A DNA stretch of 64,000 bases from NCBI RefSeq assembly GCF_000737315.1, contig NZ_JMCB01000006.1, forward strand, positions 310,001 to 374,000, read 5' to 3'. Every line of letters begins with the position of its first letter. The stretch's first letter is position 1. The translations under genes and the position numbers were made by a program. Positions 58,755 through 64,000 of this stretch are shown in pieces. The notes beneath the pieces are model-generated. The model was not told where the DNA came from and made no database searches. It worked only from the letters and a program-made list of their open reading frames with translations. Source of the DNA: Hyalangium minutum (GTDB lineage: Bacteria; Myxococcota; Myxococcia; Myxococcales; Myxococcaceae).

Positions 58755-60017
58755 ATGAAGAAACTCGTCGGAATCGAAGCGCTGGCCATCGCAGTTCCCC
58801 GCCGCTACGTGGACATCGAGGACCTGGCGAGAGCCCGCGGTGTGGATCCCGCCAAGTACACCTCGGGGCTCGGCGCTCGGGAGATGGCCGTGGCGGATCC
58901 GGGCGAGGACTCGGTGGCGCTGGCGGCCACGGCCACAGCCCAGTTGCTGCGCTCCAACAACGTGGATCCGTCCCGCATCGGCATGCTGGTGGTGGGCACG
59001 GAGACGGGCGTGGACCACTCCAAGCCGGTGGCCTCCCACGTCCAGGGGCTCCTGAAGCTGCCTCGGGCGATGCGCGTCTTCGACACCCAGCACGCCTGCT
59101 ACGGCGGCACCGCGGGCATCATGGCGGCGACGGAGTGGATCGCCTCGGGTGCGGCGGCTGGACGCTCGGCGGTGGTGGTGTGCTCGGACATCGCCCGCTA
59201 CGGGCTGAACACCGCGGGCGAGCCCACCCAGGGCGCGGGCTCCGTGGCGCTGCTCATCTCCGAGCAGCCGGACCTGCTCGCCATCGATGTGGGGCTCAAC
59301 GGCTCGTGCAGCATGGACGTGTATGACTTCTGGCGTCCGCTGGGCCGCCGGGAGGCCGTGGTGGACGGGCACTACTCCATCCAGTGCTACCTGGATGCGC
59401 TCTCGGGCGCGTACCGCGGCTGGCGCGAGCGCGCGCTGGCGCACGAGGTGGTGCGCTGGGGCCCGTCGCTGCCGGGCGATCAGCTCTCGCGCATCCTCTA
59501 CCACGTGCCGTTCTGCAAGATGGCGCGCAAGGCCCATACGCAGCTGCGGCTGTGTGACTTGGAGGACGCGCCCAACGCGCCCGCCTCCACCGCCGAGGCC
59601 CGAGAGGAGCAGGCCAAGTCCGCCGCCAGCTACGAGGCGCAGGTGGCCTCCTCGCTGGGGCTCAACGCGCGCATCGGCAACGTGTACACCGCGTCGCTGT
59701 ACCTGGCGCTGGCGGGGCTGCTGCAAGGCGAGGGCGAGAAGCTGGCCGGGCAGCGCATCGGCCTGATGTCCTACGGCAGCGGCTGCGCGGCGGAGTTCTT
59801 CTCCGGCGTGGTGGGCGAGAAGGCCGCGAAGCGCATGGCGCAGGCGGGCATCGAGTCGGTGATGGCCGGCCGCGAGCGCGTCTCCATCGCCGAGTACGAG
59901 CGCATCATGAACCTGCCCTACGAGGCGCCCGATCAGATCGCTCCGGCTCCGGGGGCGTTCCGCCTCGCGGAGATCAAGGACCACAAGCGCCGCTACGTCG
60001 AGGGCGCGGCGAGCTGA
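58755..60017 (+). CDS. mvaS: HMG-CoA synthase
   Basis: GTETGVDHSKP, HACYGGT, GEPTQGAG, YHVPF, GNVYTASL, SYGSG. Confidence 0.95.
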   Translation: MKKLVGIEALAIAVPRRYVDIEDLARARGVDPAKYTSGLGAREMAVADPGEDSVALAATATAQLLRSNNVDPSRIGMLVVGTETGVDHSKPVASHVQGLLKLPRAMRVFDTQHACYGGTAGIMAATEWIASGAAAGRSAVVVCSDIARYGLNTAGEPTQGAGSVALLISEQPDLLAIDVGLNGSCSMDVYDFWRPLGRREAVVDGHYSIQCYLDALSGAYRGWRERALAHEVVRWGPSLPGDQLSRILYHVPFCKMARKAHTQLRLCDLEDAPNAPASTAEAREEQAKSAASYEAQVASSLGLNARIGNVYTASLYLALAGLLQGEGEKLAGQRIGLMSYGSGCAAEFFSGVVGEKAAKRMAQAGIESVMAGRERVSIAEYERIMNLPYEAPDQIAPAPGAFRLAEIKDHKRRYVEGAAS

Positions 60018-60078
60018 TCCCGGCTCCTTCGCGGCGCGTCAATACGCCCCGAGGGAGCAGAGCTGTCATGCAGGTGGC

Positions 60079-60099
60079 GGAGCGCCTCGCGGGCGCTCC
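60079..60099 (+). terminator. Hairpin downstream of mvaS
   Basis: GGAGCGCC-TCGCG-GGCGCTCC; no U-tract. Confidence 0.35.
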
Positions 60100-60132
60100 A
60101 GCGTGGCAGCGCCTCTGTGTACGCTTTCGTCC

Positions 60133-63100
60133 ATGCCACCGCCCATGGACGAGAGAGCCTTCATCGCGCGCGTCGAGGCCGCGGAGCCGGAGCTGTTCGC
60201 TGCCCTCCTGGCGCGCCCGAGCCGGGACGAGGAACGCGCGCTCCGGGCCTACTTCGGAGATGCCCGCTTCGAGCGGCTCCACACCCTGGCGATCCGCCGC
60301 ACGGGCTCGGCGCGGGGCGCGCGAGGGCCTCGGGGCAACGTGGTGGTGATGCCCGGCATCATGGGCAGCGAGCTGGCCGAGTATGCGGGCAGCGGCGCGA
60401 ACCGCATCTGGGTCAACCCGCTGTGCCTGGTGGCCGGACAGGTGCGGCACCTGCGCCTGGATGACGAGGGCCGCCCCGAGTTCGATGTCCGGGCCTCGGG
60501 CATCCTCAAGCTCTTCTATGGAGAGCTCATCCTGTCGCTCTCGGAGAACTGGAACGTGCAGACGTTCTGGTTCGACTGGCGCCGGGACTTGAGGGACTCG
60601 GCGGCCGCGCTCGAGGAGCAGATGCGGGCGTGGTTCCCCGAGGACGCGCCGGTGCACTTCGTCTGCCACTCCATGGGCGGGCTGGTGGCACGCACGTTCA
60701 TCCACTCCTATCCGCAGCGCTGGCGCTCCATGTGGGACCGCGATGCGCACCGCCCGGGAGCTCTGGGCGGCCGGCTCGTCATGCTGGGCACGCCGAACCA
60801 CGGCTCGTTCGCGGCGCTCCAGGTCATCACGGGCTTGGAGCCGCTGGTGCGCTGGCTGGCGCGGCTGGACTTGAAGGACTCGCTCTCGGAGCTGCTCGCC
60901 ACCCTCAACACCTTCGTGGGCACCTTCCAGATGCTGCCCTCGCCTCGGGTGCTCAAGGAGCTGGAGCCGCTCTTCCACGCCGATAGCTACGGGGACCTGC
61001 GCATCCCCCAGTCGCGCCTGGACGAGGCCCGGGCCCACATCGAGCGCCTGGCGAACGTGGTGGACCCGGAGCGGATGATCTACGTGGCTGGTTACAACAG
61101 GCCCACGTACCACGGGCTCACGCGCGTGGATCAGCTGCGCTCCGCCAGCGCGTACACGGTGACTCGGGCAGGGGATGGGCGAGTGCCGCACGTGCTCGGG
61201 CTGCTGGAGGGAGTGCCCACCTGGTACGTGGAGTGTGCCCACGCGGCACTCACCCGGGATGGGCGGGTATTCAGCGCGCTGGAGGATCTGCTCGCCACCG
61301 GCACCACTTCGCAGCTCTCACAGACCAGTCCCGTGCCGATGCGCGGCATGAAGAAGGACGACCCGAGCGCGCGCCGCGAGCTGGAGGCGCAGCAGGCGGA
61401 GCAGGACCTGGAGATGGAGAACCTGGTGCAGCAGTTCCAGGCCCGGACCACGCGAGGCTCCGCTCCGCCCTACCTGACGCGGGACGAGGTCCGGATGCAG
61501 GACCTGCTCGCGGGCGCGATGCTCGGCGCCGCGGAGGCCATCCTCCCCGAGCCCCGGCCCGTGGGCCCGGCGCCGCGCAAGGTGAAGGTGGAGCTGCGCA
61601 TCGCCCGGGAGTTCCTCCAGTCCTTCGACGGTGGGGGTACGGTGGATGCCATCTCCGTGGGCCACTACCTGGGCGTCGTTCCCCAGCGGGCGGAGCGGGC
61701 GCTGGATGAGGCGATCAGCCGCGCGCTGCTGGAGCGCCAGGGCCGCAAGGGCGAGGAGCTCCAGGAGCCGGACCTGTTGCTCACGCAATACTCGGAGCGC
61801 GGCGTGCTCCGGGGCGACCTGGGCCAGCCCTTCTTCGTGGATGACCCGCGCTCGCCTGGCCGGCTCATCGTGCTGGCGGGCATGGGCGTACCGGGCCGCT
61901 TCGGCATGCCCGAGCTGACCGTCACCGTGCGCGAGCTGTTCTGGTCGCTCAGCCGCATGGGCAAGAAGCACCTGTCCACGGTGCTGATTGGCACGGGCGA
62001 GGGCAACCTCTCGGTGGAGGACGCGGCTCGAGCGTGGGTGCGCGGCATGCAGCAGGTGGCCTCCGGCCTGCAGACCGAGATGCTCCAGCGCATCACCTTC
62101 GTGGAGGTGGACGCGGCCAAGGCGCGGGCGCTCCAGCAGGCGCTGGCGAACGAGGCGGCCCGGCTGCGCTCGGATCCGCGTCTGGAGCTCGACTTCGAGC
62201 CCCTGTCACCCGCGGAGCTGCGCCGCACCCTGAAGTTCCCGAAGGAGCGCATCGCTGGCCCGCGCGCCGAGCGCAACCCCATCCCCACGCGCGTGACGCT
62301 GGCGCTGGAGCACAAGCGCTACCGCTTCGGCGCCATCACCGAGGGCGCGGCCATCCCCGAGCGGGAGGTGCCCATCGATCCGCTGCTGGTGATGCAGGCC
62401 AACGACGAGCTGGCCGCGGAGTGGAAGCCAACCAAGCAGCTCTACCATGGGCAGTTCCTGGAGCGGCTGCTCGTGCCCGCGGAGCTGCGCGCGGAGTTCT
62501 ACCGGCACCGGGAGAGCCCGGTGGTGCTGATGCTGGACGCCTCCACGGCGCGCGTGCACTGGGAGGCGCTCGCCCAGTCAGACGCGGAGATTCCCGCGCA
62601 GGAGCTCTCGGACAATGTGGAGGCCTCGCTCGAGCTCTTCCTGGGGACGAGCCGTGGGCTGACGCGCCAGCTTCGGACCACGTTCGCACCGCCACCCGAA
62701 CCCCCGCCGCCGCCGCGCAAGGTGCTACGGGTGCTGGTGGTGGCAGACCCCGCCGAGGACAACCACCTGCCGGGCGCCGAGCAGGAGGGGCTGGAGGTGG
62801 CTGACCTCTTCGAGGCCTTCAACCGCGTCTACGCGCAGGGGCCCAACCGGGTGGAGGTGGTGAAGCTGTTCGGGCCGCATGACGCGACACGGACCAACGT
62901 GCTGCGCCACCTTCTGATGAAGACGGAGCCCTACGACGTGCTCCACTACGCGGGCCACTGCATCTACGACGAGGCGGACAAGGCCGCTTCGGGCTGGCTC
63001 TTCAGCCGGGGCGAGCGCCTCACGGCCAACGAGCTGCGGCGCCTGGATCGGATTCCACCCTTCGTCTTCTCCAACGCGTGCGAGTCCGGAAAGACGCCAG

Positions 63101-63498
63101 ACCGCTCGGAGCTGCGCTCGGTGGAGCTGGCACCCAACTTCGCCGAGTCCTTCTTCGCTCGCGGGGTGTCGAACTTCGTGTGCACGGCCTGGCCGGTGGA
63201 TGACTTCGCGGCACGCCAGTTCGCGCTCACGCTCTACGGGGGGCTGCTGGGCCTGCGGCGCCAGGAGGACCACTACGTGAAGGGCCCGATGCTGCCCATG
63301 CACGCAGCCATGATGGCGGCACGGCGGGCCATCGCGACCACCTCCTCCGGGACACGGACGTGGGGCGCATACCAGCACTACGGAAGCCCCTTCCTCCGCC
63401 TCTTCGAGCCCTCCGCCTTCCGGGAGCCCTCACCCACCCCACCCGCTCGCGCGAAGAAGTCCACCCCAGCCCGGCGGAAGCACCCAGCACGGCGGTGA
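60133..63498 (+). CDS. Multidomain protein: alpha/beta lipase/acyltransferase-like + central domain + CHAT caspase-like protease
   Basis: PGIMGS, CHSMGG, LGTPNHGS, GDGRVP; LHYAGH...FSNACES; FVCTAWPVDD. Confidence 0.85.
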   Translation: MPPPMDERAFIARVEAAEPELFAALLARPSRDEERALRAYFGDARFERLHTLAIRRTGSARGARGPRGNVVVMPGIMGSELAEYAGSGANRIWVNPLCLVAGQVRHLRLDDEGRPEFDVRASGILKLFYGELILSLSENWNVQTFWFDWRRDLRDSAAALEEQMRAWFPEDAPVHFVCHSMGGLVARTFIHSYPQRWRSMWDRDAHRPGALGGRLVMLGTPNHGSFAALQVITGLEPLVRWLARLDLKDSLSELLATLNTFVGTFQMLPSPRVLKELEPLFHADSYGDLRIPQSRLDEARAHIERLANVVDPERMIYVAGYNRPTYHGLTRVDQLRSASAYTVTRAGDGRVPHVLGLLEGVPTWYVECAHAALTRDGRVFSALEDLLATGTTSQLSQTSPVPMRGMKKDDPSARRELEAQQAEQDLEMENLVQQFQARTTRGSAPPYLTRDEVRMQDLLAGAMLGAAEAILPEPRPVGPAPRKVKVELRIAREFLQSFDGGGTVDAISVGHYLGVVPQRAERALDEAISRALLERQGRKGEELQEPDLLLTQYSERGVLRGDLGQPFFVDDPRSPGRLIVLAGMGVPGRFGMPELTVTVRELFWSLSRMGKKHLSTVLIGTGEGNLSVEDAARAWVRGMQQVASGLQTEMLQRITFVEVDAAKARALQQALANEAARLRSDPRLELDFEPLSPAELRRTLKFPKERIAGPRAERNPIPTRVTLALEHKRYRFGAITEGAAIPEREVPIDPLLVMQANDELAAEWKPTKQLYHGQFLERLLVPAELRAEFYRHRESPVVLMLDASTARVHWEALAQSDAEIPAQELSDNVEASLELFLGTSRGLTRQLRTTFAPPPEPPPPPRKVLRVLVVADPAEDNHLPGAEQEGLEVADLFEAFNRVYAQGPNRVEVVKLFGPHDATRTNVLRHLLMKTEPYDVLHYAGHCIYDEADKAASGWLFSRGERLTANELRRLDRIPPFVFSNACESGKTPDRSELRSVELAPNFAESFFARGVSNFVCTAWPVDDFAARQFALTLYGGLLGLRRQEDHYVKGPMLPMHAAMMAARRAIATTSSGTRTWGAYQHYGSPFLRLFEPSAFREPSPTPPARAKKSTPARRKHPARR

Positions 63499-63625
63499 GG
63501 AGGGGGTGCCCGGCACCACGCTGGCCAGCGCCGTGCTCGCAGGAGGGTTCCTCCTGGGCACGGCGGTGGTCCTGGTGCTCGCGCTGCGCGGGGTCACCTT
63601 CGAGCGGCTGCTGCGCTGACGCCTC

Positions 63626-64000
63626 TCACTTCCCCGGCGGCAGGGGCAGGTACATCCCGAAGTTGGTGGTGTCCCGGTAGCCCATGCGCAGGTACACGGG
63701 GTGGCCCGCGTCGGTGGCGTGGAGCACCGTGCGATCGATACCCCAGTCCTTCTTGGCCATCTCCAGGCCGTAGCGCATGACGGCCTCGGCGTAGCCGCGC
63801 CGCCGGTACTCCGCGAGCGTGGCCACGAAGCCCACGTAGGCAACGCCGTCGACGTTGGTGACGGACGTCACCGAGACCGCCCTGCCCTCCACGTAGCCCA
63901 CGTAGCCACGGCACTCGTTCGCGAAGATGGCGGGTTGAACGACCGCCTCTCGCGCGTCCTCCAGCGGCGAGCCGTAGGCGTAGGCGTTGATGTCCGCCAT
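63626..64000 (-). CDS. GNAT acetyltransferase, C-terminal part (runs off the window end)
   Basis: VATLAEYRRRGYA, LHATDAG..VY.RMGY. Confidence 0.85.
   Translation of the reverse strand: MADINAYAYGSPLEDAREAVVQPAIFANECRGYVGYVEGRAVSVTSVTNVDGVAYVGFVATLAEYRRRGYAEAVMRYGLEMAKKDWGIDRTVLHATDAGHPVYLRMGYRDTTNFGMYLPLPPGK

Overview
High-GC window (third codon positions mostly G/C) typical of a myxobacterial chromosome (Myxococcales-like); the taxon is inferred from DUF2378, the aib operon, FHA-sigma54 activator and Tad pilins. It holds about 55 real genes; most other ORFs in the track are antisense shadows. Recognisable systems: the alternative isovaleryl-CoA operon (aibR-aibA-aibB-aibC-mvaS) with a palindromic operator, an orphan Tad minor-pilin cassette, a ParE-type toxin-antitoxin pair, Kup, three orphan sensor kinases, and a TetR/hydrolase unit with two operators. 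Best leads: (1) a full-length IleRS paralog with every catalytic and editing motif degenerate but its Zn sites kept (pseudo-synthetase); (2) a two-gene plesiocin-type graspetide locus whose 67-aa TTxxxxEE precursor is easily missed; (3) a LanM cluster with three precursors, one Cys-free and one with Cys only upstream of 13 Thr, and no transporter/peptidase; (4) a lipase-like + CHAT (caspase-like) fusion; (5) a JAB/JAMM-motif lipoprotein paired with a second lipoprotein. No rRNA, tRNA, CRISPR array or transposase was seen. All family calls come from motif reading, not database searches.
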